40,789 bases of DNA from positions 51,845,328 to 51,886,116 of the forward strand of contig NC_068985.1 of NCBI RefSeq assembly GCF_001194135.2, read 5' to 3'. The notes below the pieces were generated by a model, which saw only the letters and a program-made list of their open reading frames with translations, had not been told where the DNA came from and searched no databases. Origin of the DNA: Octopus bimaculoides. Its lineage: Eukaryota. Position 1 is the first letter of the stretch, and each line of letters opens with the position of its first letter. A program made the translations under genes and the position numbers. Shown piece after piece: positions 23,352-33,334 of this stretch.

Positions 23352-24963
23352 GTGAATCCCTAAACTCGAGAACTACGCAACCAATTTCATTCAAATTTTA
23401 CACATGCCTTACTTAGGGTTCCAGTTGTGTTTTAGTCAAAAAAAATTATTAACTTCTTGCAGAGTTCGAGCACACGGCAACATAATATCTCCTCCACTAT
23501 TTAAGTATTACGTGTCAAAAGTGATACAAAAACACTCATGTCAAATACTTTCACTTTAAAAATGAAACTATTCCACTAACTGAAACANNNNNNNNNNNNN
23601 NNNNNNNNNNNNNNNNNNNNNNNNNNNNNNNNNNNNNNNNNNNNNNNNNNNNNNNNNNNNNNNNNNNNNNNNNNNNNNNNNNNNNNNNNNNNNNNNNNNN
23701 NNNNNNNNNNNNNNNNNNNNNNNNNNNNNNNNNNNNNNNNNNNNNNNNNNNNNNNNNNNNNNNNNNNNNNNNNNNNNNNNNNNNNNNNNNNNNNNNNNNN
23801 NNNNNNNNNNNNNNNNNNNNNNNNNNNNNNNNNNNNNNNNNNNNNNNNNNNNNNNNNNNNNNNNNNNNNNNNNNNNNNNNNNNNNNNNNNNNNNNNNNNN
23901 NNNNNNNNNNNNNNNNNNNNNNNNNNNNNNNNNNNNNNNNNNNNNNNNNNNNNNNNNNNNNNNNNNNNNNNNNNNNNNNNNNNNNNNNNNNNNNNNNNNN
24001 NNNNNNNNNNNNNNNNNNNNNNNNNNNNNNNNNNNNNNNNNNNNNNNNNNNNNNNNNNNNNNNNNNNNNNNNNNNNNNNNNNNNNNNNNNNNNNNNNNNN
24101 NNNNNNNNNNNNNNNNNNNNNNNNNNNNNNNNNNNNNNNNNNNNNNNNNNNNNNNNNNNNNNNNNNNNNNNNNNNNNNNNNNNNNNNNNNNNNNNNNNNN
24201 NNNNNNNNNNNNNNNNNNNNNNNNNNNNNNNNNNNNNNNNNNNNNNNNNNNNNNNNNNNNNNNNNNNNNNNNNNNNNNNNNNNNNNNNNNNNNNNNNNNN
24301 NNNNNNNNNNNNNNNNNNNNNNNNNNNNNNNNNNNNNNNNNNNNNNNNNNNNNNNNNNNNNNNNNNNNNNNNNNNNNNNNNNNNNNNNNNNNNNNNNNNN
24401 NNNNNNNNNNNNNGACTTTTGTCTGTAGCTGGTCTTCTCTTGGAAGAGCCCTGCTTCTCACATGGACAACTGTATGTTGGCTGCTCAAGAGTGGGCAGCA
24501 ACAAAAAACCTATTTGTATATGCTCCACAAGGGAAAACAAGGAACATAGTTTACAATGAGGTGTTATAATCACAACAGCAAGAAAGTATGTACATGATCA
24601 CCTTCTTTTACGAAACTTCATTGACTTTCATATATTTATATTGATATACATATATATACGTGTGTTTGGGTGCGTGTGTGTATATACATCTCTATATATA
24701 AAGATGATGCGTAGTCTAGACGGCGTTTTTAGATTTCATTATTCTCTTTAACCCGGGCAACGCCGGGTATTTCTGCTAGTATGTATATAAAAAAGCATAC
24801 AAAATATGGAACAAGAACGCAAAACATCCAGACGGTTAGATGATACAAAAAAGGACAACAAAACATCCAGACAGATGATACAAAAAAGGGACAAGAAAAA
24901 ACAAGGACGGGTCATATATATATAAAAATATCTATATCTATCTATATATATGTATATACTTAT

Positions 24964-25012
<49 letters not shown>

Positions 25013-28000
25013 TGCATGTGTGTATTGTCTGTTTTACACAGTTATGCATTCAGTACAAACTTCATATTACATATTGTTTATGCTTTAACAGAGATATTTT
25101 ATTCATTTCAGATGTTAATTATAACTATAATGAGCAGTTAGTGGTCCCTATAATTGAGAATACTCCATTTGAAAAGGACCTGAAGGTGAGACTTTTAAGC
25201 AGTTTAAACTTGTTGTTTTTTTAGCTTCAGATCATACTTGATCTGATTCAACAGATCTCCATCTCATTTTCAGATCAGTCACACCTACCGGAGAAGGAGT
25301 TTACTTCATNNNNNNNNNNNNNNNNNNNNNNNNNNNNNNNNNNNNNNNNNNNNNNNNNNNNNNNNNNNNNNNNNNNNNNNNNNNNNNNNNNNNNNNNNNN
25401 NNNNNNNNNNNNNNNNNNNNNNNNNNNNNNNNNNNNNNNNNNNNNNNNNNNNNNNNNNNNNNNNNNNNNNNNNNNNNNNNNNNNNNNNNNNNNNNNNNNN
25501 NNNNNNNNNNNNNNNNNNNNNNNNNNNNNNNNNNNNNNNNNNNNNNNNNNNNNNNNNNNNNNNNNNNNNNNNNNNNNNNNNNNNNNNNNNNNNNNNNNNN
25601 NNNNNNNNNNNNNNNNNNNNNNNNNNNNNNNNNNNNNNNNNNNNNNNNNNNNNNNNNNNNNNNNNNNNNNCGCTGGACTGACTCCTGTGCAGGTGGCACG
25701 TAAAATACATCATTTCGAGCGTGGCCGTTGCCAGTACCGCCTGACTGACCTTCGTGCCGGTGGCACGTAAAAGCACCCACTACACTCTCGGAGTGGTTGG
25801 CATTTGGAAGGGCATCCAGCTGTAGAAACTCTGCCAAATCAGATTGGAGCCTGGTGTAGCCACCTGGTTCACCAGTCCTCAGTCAAATCGTCCAACCCAT
25901 GCTAGCATGGAAAGCGGATGTTAAACGATGATGATGATGATTCTAGTGGTGAAGTATTCTTGGGGGACCAGATTTTAAAATAAGATATGGAGTTGGATCA
26001 GATTGAGGATCTTGTTAGTGATCAGCCCTTGGACTTTTGAATATTTCGGAGGAAAAAAAGCTTTGAAGTTAGATATTAAAGTAGATTAAACGCACATATT
26101 CTCTAAAAATATACATCCTTCCAACCACCTTCACAGACAGACAGACAGACAGACAGACAGGCAGACACATACAGCACACATGCACATGCACACGCACACA
26201 TGCATGAATGTACGTGTGTCTTTACTGTCTCTCTGTTGGTTATGGCAACAAGGGTTCCAGTTGATCTGATCAATGGAACAGCCTGCTCACGAAATTAGCA
26301 TGCAAGTGACTGAGTGCTCCACAGACATGTGTACCCTTAATGTAATTCTCACAAAGATTCAGCGTGACACAAAGTGTGACAAGGCTGGCTCATTGAAATG
26401 TAGGTACTACTCAATTTTGCCAGCTGTGTGTACTGGAGCAATGCACCTCCGGTAATTGAACCCACAACCTTACAATTGTGAGCTGAATGTCCTAACTACT
26501 AAGCCACATGCCCTCACTCTCTCTCTCTCTCTCTCTCTCTCACGCACACACACACACACAGGTATATGAAGGTTACAGAAAGAGTTATAACACCAGTAAT
26601 TATGAAGAGAATTTGGCTAGATGAGATGCAGTTTGGTTTTGTGTTTGGGTGAAGTAGAACTGGTGGAGGCGCAATGTCCCAGTGGTTAGGGCAGCGGACT
26701 CGCGGTCATAGGATCACGGTTTCGATTCCCAGACCAGGTGTTGTGAGTGTTTATTGAGCGAAAACACCTAAAGCTCCACGAGGCTCCAGCAGGGGATGGT
26801 GGCGAACCCTGCTGTACTCTTCCACCACAACTTTCTGTCACTCTTTCTTCCTGTTTCTGTTGTACATGTATTTCAAAGGGTCAGCCTTGTCACACTGTGT
26901 CACGCTGAGTGTCCCCAAGAACTACATTAAGGGTACACATGTCTGTGGAGTGCTCAGCCACTTGCACGTTAATTTCACGAGCAGGCTGTTCCGTTGATCA
27001 GATCGACTGGAACCCTCGACATCGTAAGCGATGGAGTGCCAACAACAACGAAGTAGAACTGATGCTCTCTGCCTAATATGACAACTACAGGAGAAGTATT
27101 TAGGAAATTGTAAACTACTGTACTTGGCTTTCATTGATCTAGAGAAAGTAGCTGACAGGGTCTCCTGTTCCTCGATCTGGTGCTTGATGAGGAAGTTAGT
27201 TGTAGATAAATGGTTAGAGTTGTCCAAGCCATGTACAGGGGTACTGTCAGTAAGGTTAGTGTTAGTAATATGTACAGTAACAGATTTAGTATGTTGGTAG
27301 GAGTTCACCAAGGCTTGGCTCTCAATCCCCTCCTGTTTTATCATTGTCCTCCAGGCCGTAACAGGAGTTTCAGGTTTGTTGCTGTGGAGACTCCTCTATG
27401 CTGAGATTTTGTCCTTATAACTGAATTTGTTGCAGAAAAGAAATTCCAGGTTTGGAGGCAAAACCCTGAATCAAAGAGCCTATAAAAAACCCCAAATTCC
27501 TAATCAGTAGGAAAAGGTGTAGATAGAAATTCCATATGGTATGCTTAGTGCGAACTATGGACATACAAGAGGTGCAGTGGAATCACCAGGAGATTAACAG
27601 AGAAAATAGATTTTCTTTGTGGAAAATACACAGGAGCAATAAATATTAAGAATACATGGGAAATAGTTTTCTTAAATGCTTTGGTAGATCATTAAAGGTA
27701 GTAGATAGTTTATTAGCAGTGGAGGAGGATGTTCTGAAAGTATAGTTGCTAGAATCCAAACTGGTTGGAGAAAGTTTAGAGAGATATCAACTTACAAAAG
27801 GTTTGCAAGGAAGTGAAATATGGGTTGTGAATGCAGAGGTCACACAAAGACTAGAAAGGAACGAAGCTAGTATACTATGCCAGATGCTCAATGTCAGTGT
27901 ATGTGTACAATAAAATGCAAATGTGTTGAGAGATAAACTGGATGTAAGAGATATCAAATCTAGCGTGGAAGAAGAATTACACTAGTATGATCATGAGTAT

Positions 28001-30771
28001 GAATGAGGACAGCTGCCATTCACTAAATTTGTATGGAACTTTTGGAAGAGAGGGACCCAGGAAGATGTGGAGTGAAGTAGTGAAGATTTTATAACTCTTG
28101 GGAAATATATTGAATTGAAATTGTACCGAAAATGAACTTCTATGTAACCATGTAATCATCTGTGTTGGCATAACTACATTGTGAATTTGTGAATGAGATG
28201 TATTTACTGTCTAAACCTTTAACCCTTTTGCTACATTTTTGTTGAAATACTCGACTTTTGTTTCAATTAACTTTCAAAATAAAGTATTTTGTAAAATAAC
28301 TTTGTCATTATTAACACTTTTATTACCATATTTCTATCGGAATACACTGCCTTTGTTTCAATAAATTTTGGAAACGATGAAGAATTTAGTCAAATATCTT
28401 TATCATTATATTAAGATGGTGTTTGGAACATAAACTAAGATGGAATTTTGAGGGAAGTTCTTAATTTAGACCACTTTAAGACAGTAAGTTTGTATCATAG
28501 AACTAGGGATGGTCTCAGGCAGGTTGGTATTAAAAGGGATAAATGTCTGAGAGAATTGTTATTATTAAAACAATCCTCTTTGGATTATTAACTTTATACT
28601 TATAGTGTTGTACTCTATCTTTTATTTGGTTTGAGCTTCAATTGTCAGCAGATGTCTTATTCACATTTCCAGATTAGATTCAGACTAGGAACATTTATTT
28701 CTAAACTAAGGTTAACAATATTCTTATTCACCAGGCTATTTGTACATGGTTAATTGCATTATTATCCATATAACCTTCCCAATGGTACCCTTTGTAAAGT
28801 GGTTGGTATCGGGAAGAGCTTTTAGCCTTAGAAAGCTGTACCAAAGCAGACATTGGGTCTCAGTGCAATTCATGTAAATCTTGGACTGTGTTGAACTATG
28901 CTATCATTGAAGATGAATGTTAAATGACAATGACAGCAACAATGACAACGGTAAATTTAGAAACAAAAGTTCCCACTTTGAGTTCAGTTTGGGGATCATG
29001 CAGATATCCAGGAATAAGACATATAATGATAATGATGACATGAAATCAAACAGATTGAACTGAAATGTAGCTACAGAATAAGTGTGGCAAAATGGCCCTC
29101 CAGATTCACCATTTTTGCTTGTTTCTTGGCTTGGCTTCATGCTCTTGCTTGATGGGGGGTCATCTCAGAGACATCATCATGCGTAGAGCTGACCAGTGGT
29201 CCCAGAAACATTTTCATGCATAGAGCTGACCAGGTCTACCAGTGCTCTCTATCACTGGTGGTCCTGTGCTAGCTCCTCTGCATCCTTTAAGGTGATGTTA
29301 AACATCTGGAGATCTTCCACAAACATATCCAGCCATTTGATGTGGGGCCTGCAATGAGGCCTCTTCCAGCATGCAGCTGCTGTGTTAAATGAAAGGAAAG
29401 CTTTGGGTTTGGCCTAGATGTGGTGAGGAGGCTTGCATGTGTGTGTTACTGTCTGGAGCTTTGCTCCTGGTAGGACCACCCTAAGCTGGCTAGTCTCCTG
29501 TGAAGTTTTGAGACTAATGGTGATGCACAGCATGTCAGCTTGCCACTGAGATGGCAGCCCCATCATCTGACTATTCTGCAGAGAACCAACAACCTGCCAG
29601 AGGAATCCTCAACCTGTTATGACACCAACCAGATTCACCATTCTTGACCATGTAAAATATGAGAGGCTTATTTGCCACGTTCCTGTATAAATATTGTAAA
29701 TATAAGGTAATAGTCTGGAAAATTATCATCTTAATACACTTTATATATTTCTATTACTTCTGCAGGATGCTATGGCTCAGGCTATACATGACTATCCAGA
29801 AACATGTGCTGTTCTTGTCCGAAGGCATGGAGTTTATGTATGGGGTAAAACATGGCAGCAAGCTAAATCCATGTAAGTTTTTTGATCTTGTCTCTTTTTG
29901 TTTTTTTTGTTCCAGAGAATGGATTAGTTTGTTTTAAAGTAACTGTTGGTGTGTGTCTGCTTTTGTGTGTACCCTTGTCTTGACATCATTCAGTGGTTGT
30001 AAACAAGTGTCAGAATCATAAGAAGGATGTTGTCCATTTCCTGTCTTCCATGATAAATATGTCTGGCCATGAGGAAACAGGTAAGGGTTGGTGACAGTAA
30101 GGGCATCCAACTCAACAAATTCTATGTAACCCATGTAAGCATGGAAAAATGGACACAAAATGATGATGATGACAGTGGCTGTGTGGTAAGAAGTTTGATG
30201 CCAAACTACATGGTTCTAGGTTGTCTCACTGTGTGACACATCGCGTCAGTGTCTTCTACTATAGCCCTTGGCCAACCAAAGCCGAGTGGATGTGGTAGAT
30301 GGAAACAGAGAGAAGCCTGTTGTATATATATGTATATATCCGTGTGTCTGTCTTTGTGTTTGTCCCCTATCAATAGCTTGACAACTGGTGTTGGTTTGTT
30401 TATATCCTTGTAACTTATTGGTTTGGCCAAGAAGATTGATAGAATTAGTACCAGGCTTTAAAAAAATCAGTACTGGTGCGATTCCTTTGACTAAAACCCT
30501 TCAAGTGGTGCCCTTGCATGACTGCAGTCCAGTGACTTAAACAAACAGAAGGTTAAAAAAGTAAAAGGTTATATAAAGACAATTTTAATTCTTAATCAAC
30601 CTGCCTCATTAAGCTATCATTACATCCCACTTTTCTCTTTCTTTCTTTTTTCTCAGGTGTGAGTGCTACGATTATCTTTTTGATATTGCAGTTCAAATGA
30701 AGATAGCAGGTCTGGATCCTGCCATACTTCCTAAACCACCCAAAGGTGCTTACGTTTCAAACATAAATTAG
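12717..30771 (+). CDS. APIP: Methylthioribulose-1-phosphate dehydratase (APIP/MtnB, class II aldolase family); spliced CDS, 5' exon(s) missing: join(12717..12811,13229..13277,19363..19480,22584..22706,25112..25185,29766..29872,30657..30771)
   Basis: Seven AG/GT-bounded exons (95+49+118+123+74+107+115=681 nt) have matching phases. They give [53 protein letters not shown]...SQCTPLF...VIHTHS...EMIKG...[10 protein letters not shown]...[13 protein letters not shown]...[13 protein letters not shown]...stop, colinear with human APIP as I recall it. The Zn ligands (HxH and RRH), catalytic Glu and QC motif are present. Confidence 0.97.
13229..13277 (+). CDS. APIP: APIP coding exon ([17 protein letters not shown]), phase 2 to 0
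   Basis: TTTTTTTCAG| acceptor; AAG|GTTGGT donor; [11 protein letters not shown] motif. Too short for the ORF track. Confidence 0.95.
17801..18085. mobile_element. hAT (Charlie/Buster-like) MITE, 285 bp
   Basis: TIRs CAGTGATTC(C/T)CA; 8-bp TSD G(A/G)CTAAAG at 17793-17800 and 18086-18093 with central TA. Confidence 0.85.
18787..19111 (+). mobile_element. tRNA-derived SINE (family S2): shares head and 3' half with S1, different central domain
   Basis: tggcctaatggttaggg...gagttcaattccc head; 18940-19111 aligns with 26870-27045; an inverted sister copy is at 26235-26513. Confidence 0.8.
19363..19480 (+). CDS. APIP: APIP coding exon ([39 protein letters not shown]), phase 0 to 1
   Basis: TTTTGTAG| acceptor; GAG|GTAAGA donor; SQCTPLF motif. 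Confidence 0.96.
20990..21830 (+). mobile_element. CR1/L2-clade LINE ORF2 3' remnant, split by SINE S1
   Basis: [31 protein letters not shown]|GMDTLKL...DLVETHKII...CGHAYKI...[18 protein letters not shown]...FK matches the CR1 C-terminal pattern. Confidence 0.8.
21130..21523 (-). mobile_element. Full-length SINE S1
   Basis: 9-bp TSD GCTTCACTG at 21121-21129 and 21524-21532; (CAA)n tail; tRNA-like head. Confidence 0.92.
22047..22280 (-). mobile_element. Helitron/Helentron-type non-autonomous element, 5' portion
   Basis: Begins A|TCTATATATATA...GAGAATGT with (GTCT)n-like repeats; reverse complement of 23263-23543. Confidence 0.7.
22584..22706 (+). CDS. APIP: APIP catalytic exon ([41 protein letters not shown]), phase 1 to 1, 123 nt
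   Basis: TGCAG| acceptor; CAA|GTATGT donor; His-x-His at 22601-22609 and Glu at 22673-22675. Confidence 0.95.
23263..23587 (+). mobile_element. Helitron/Helentron-type non-autonomous element running into an assembly gap
   Basis: A|TCTATATATATAAAAATGAGAATGT followed by (GTCT)n; shares about 235 bp with 22047-22280 in inverted orientation. Confidence 0.7.
24689..24779 (+). mobile_element. Minimal Helitron, 91 bp
   Basis: A|TC 5' end, subterminal hairpin ACCCGG-GCAACG-CCGGGT (24751-24768), CTAG|T 3' end, inserted in AT with no TSD. Confidence 0.8.
25112..25185 (+). CDS. APIP: APIP coding exon ([25 protein letters not shown]), phase 1 to 0
   Basis: TTTCAG| acceptor; AAG|GTGAGA donor; [10 protein letters not shown] motif. 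Confidence 0.95.
26235..26513 (-). mobile_element. SINE S2 copy, partly deleted
   Basis: Reverse complement aligns with 18787-19111. Confidence 0.75.
26560..28090 (+). mobile_element. Degraded RTE-clade LINE reverse transcriptase region, split by SINE S1
   Basis: DEMQFGF...QLQEKYLG...[13 protein letters not shown]...VRVVQAMY...VGVHQG.ALNPLLF...LLYAE...[13 protein letters not shown]...GSEIW...[10 protein letters not shown], with stops and frameshifts. Confidence 0.85.
26663..27049 (+). mobile_element. Full-length SINE S1 (tRNA-Arg-like head; resembles my recollection of the octopus OR-type SINEs)
   Basis: Perfect 12-bp TSD GAAGTAGAACTG at 26651-26662 and 27050-27061; A box-like TGTCCCAGTGG, B box-like GGTTTCGATTCCC; (CAA)3 tail. 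Confidence 0.93.
28223..28538. mobile_element. piggyBac-type MITE family B: truncated unit fused at TTAA to a complete unit
   Basis: TTAA|CCCTTTTG start; second start after TTAA 28311-28314; end GGTATTAAAAGGG|ATAA. Confidence 0.7.
29130..29480 (-). mobile_element. RTE-like LINE 3' end remnant
   Basis: Minus strand [41 protein letters not shown] resembles RPRGRPxxRWxDxVxxDL...AxDRxxWRxLV. Confidence 0.65.
29766..29872 (+). CDS. APIP: APIP coding exon ([35 protein letters not shown]), phase 0 to 2
   Basis: TGCAG| acceptor; AT|GTAAGT donor; third Zn-ligand His in [13 protein letters not shown] (29826-29828). Confidence 0.96.
30657..30771 (+). CDS. APIP: APIP terminal coding exon ([38 protein letters not shown])
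   Basis: Long pyrimidine tract then TCTCAG|; CECYDYLF motif; TAG at 30769-30771. Confidence 0.95.
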
Positions 30772-31109
30772 AATGATGCACAAAATGCTTTTTATTATTT
30801 AGTTGACCACCTTTTTCTGTTCTGAGTTCAAGTCTTACCAAGTCTTACCAAAGTCAACTACGTATTTTCAGATTTTGAGAGGTTTTGGCACAGCCATTTT
30901 GGCACTGCTGATCCAATGCTGACTTATTTGACATCGGACGTTTTAATATTTTTCTTATTCTCTTCATCCTTCTCACTTTCTGTCTGTCTCTGTTTATGTG
31001 TGGTATATATTTCTCTTCATGTGCATGAGGAGAGAGAAGGTGTTTATGTCAGTTGTGTTCATTTTTTTTTTTTTATCTTAAGAAAGTTCAAATCAAAGCA
31101 AGAAGCCAC

Positions 31110-31260
31110 TTAGTGTTAGGGGCTATGACGACAAAAGGAATGAATTGGCTTATGACTTGAAAGAGTTTAGGTCATAAGAAAGAGGAAGACAATGGAAGAG
31201 AATTCCAAAGTCTGGCAGTTCGAAGAACAAAGCTACGATTTACAATTGATAAATTGTAAT
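31110..31260 (-). mobile_element. L2/Jockey-like LINE extreme 3' remnant
   Basis: Minus strand RSFVLRTARLWNSLP, then YDLNSFKS after a frameshift. Confidence 0.6.
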
Positions 31261-32710
31261 GTCTCTCTTTTCCAGCTCTCACTACCACTCTTTCTATCTG
31301 CATGTGTATATTTCTGCGTGCAAATGTGTGTATTTGTGTCTGTGTTTTCTCCATTGCCAAAAAGTACTGATGCCAAAACAGACTGACTGCCCAGTCAGCC
31401 ATGCCAAATTGTCAACGTCCAAACAGCTGCACCTGAACATCTCATTCTAGCATTTTTATCCTTCAAGGTTTCATGGAATAAAGTACCTGTGAAATACTGG
31501 AGTTGATTTAATTAATTAATTACACTGTGTAACACACGATTTTTGTCCTTGGGTAGTCATTGTTATTTCCTATTTGCTTACCCCTAAAAAATATGAAAGA
31601 TGGCTAATATTTCCTCAAAGTTTGCTTTTGTTACATTCATTCAAACCCCAAAGAATCCTTATCAGCACATGGCTATGATGCCCCCCCCCCTCCACTACCC
31701 CTGTTCATAATTAGAGATGCATATATTGTTAGTCACTAAGGGACATGCTCAAGTAGTTAAAGTCAAGCAACTGACAAAACAAATCTTTGGTATTGAGCAG
31801 AATATTTGCTATTATGATATTTCTGCTTCAGCAACTCAGTGCTGAATCTGTCTGAAATGTAATGGAAAATAGGTCAGTTTGAAAACATTGATGTCCAGGT
31901 CACAAAAGCAAAATTGGAAGGGAATAGTAGTCATTTCCTTTGATTTCTAGATGGAAGTGAATAAGAAATAGCACTTACTGACCAAAGACAAAATAACATA
32001 AGAATTTTGTTACACAGTGTTATATCTAGTCCAAAATTTTCCAGATTTATACTAATGTTAGAAATCAATATTTATAAATCAAATGTTTCTAATTGATATT
32101 ATCAATCTCACATAGCCTCTAACATTGGCTAATCAAACAATAGTCAGTTATCTGTGACCATAGTGAAGTAGTTAGTGCAATGATGCAAAACAGAAATGTT
32201 AGTTATTTAAAGCAATTTCATTGCCACATTTCAGTGAAACAAATTTAAAAAAAATGAAGATAATACTCTCTTAGGATTGTAGTCCTTATGATATTTTCTA
32301 TGTCATTGTCTTTTGGTAGATAACGCCTCTTGTATTTTTAGTTCTTATATAAATAGCAACTTTATACAAAATTGTGCCTATATGCATAACATCGTTGTCA
32401 TCATCATCATCATTATCGACAACCCCTGCACATTACTATCTCAAATTGTAGGACTGATAAGGCTGGTTACTCAGTTTTCATGGTGTATAAGTGACCATTC
32501 CCCCTGATTGCAGTGCCAGTCCATTGCAGGGTTATTTGTTTACAACTGAATGGGTTAGGGCAATGTGAAAGTCTTTTGCTCTAGAATACAATGCGCTGCC
32601 TAGTCCAGGATTCATAACTATTGATTTATGAAAATCTTTCTTCAAATATTGTGAATGCATGAAGAATTTGTTCCAAAAATTTTATATAAGTATGTGTGTG
32701 TATATATAAT

Positions 32711-32782
<72 letters not shown>

Positions 32783-32820
32783 ATATACCCATATATATTT
32801 CAAGAATAAAAAAAAATCAT

Positions 32821-32851
<31 letters not shown>

Positions 32852-33048
32852 CATAAATATATATATATATGTGTGTATATAATATATATCATAATCATCA
32901 TCATTTAATGTCTGCCTCCCATGCTAGCTATACACACACACACACACACACACACGCACATACATGCATATATAGTTCAAATTTACAGGAAACAAAAGAC
33001 GAAGACAGGTGTTGGAACAACAAGCAGTTGTATTAGTTTAATGTTCCG

Positions 33049-33334
33049 GAAGAATGGAAAAGTTTTTTTTACATTTCAAGCCTATGCACTTTGACAGAAA
33101 AGATTGAGAGGAGGAAAAAAGGAGAGAGAATGAAAAAAATGGATAAATATATATGTGTGTGTGTGTGTGTATGTGTATGTATACATATATATGTATTAAT
33201 GTATGTATACATATATATATATATACATACATATATATATTTCCATTTTTTTTTTATTCTCTCTCCTTTTTTTCCTCTTAATCCTTTCTGTCGAAGAGCA
33301 TAAGCTTGAAATGTAAAGAACTTTTCCATTCTTC
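33049..33334. repeat. Inverted pair of ~95-bp arms (33049-33143 and 33242-33334) around a microsatellite spacer; possibly Penelope-like termini
   Basis: The arms are reverse complements by eye; similar peptides appear on both strands in the ORF track. Confidence 0.8.

Noticed and set aside
26663-26735. tRNA-Arg-like gene
   Set aside because: It is the head of a SINE with body, tail and TSD; the acceptor stem cannot be completed
31477-31482. AATAAA as the APIP polyadenylation signal
   Set aside because: Lies in repeat-like sequence; hexamers are common in AT-rich DNA, so the 3' end cannot be assigned without transcripts
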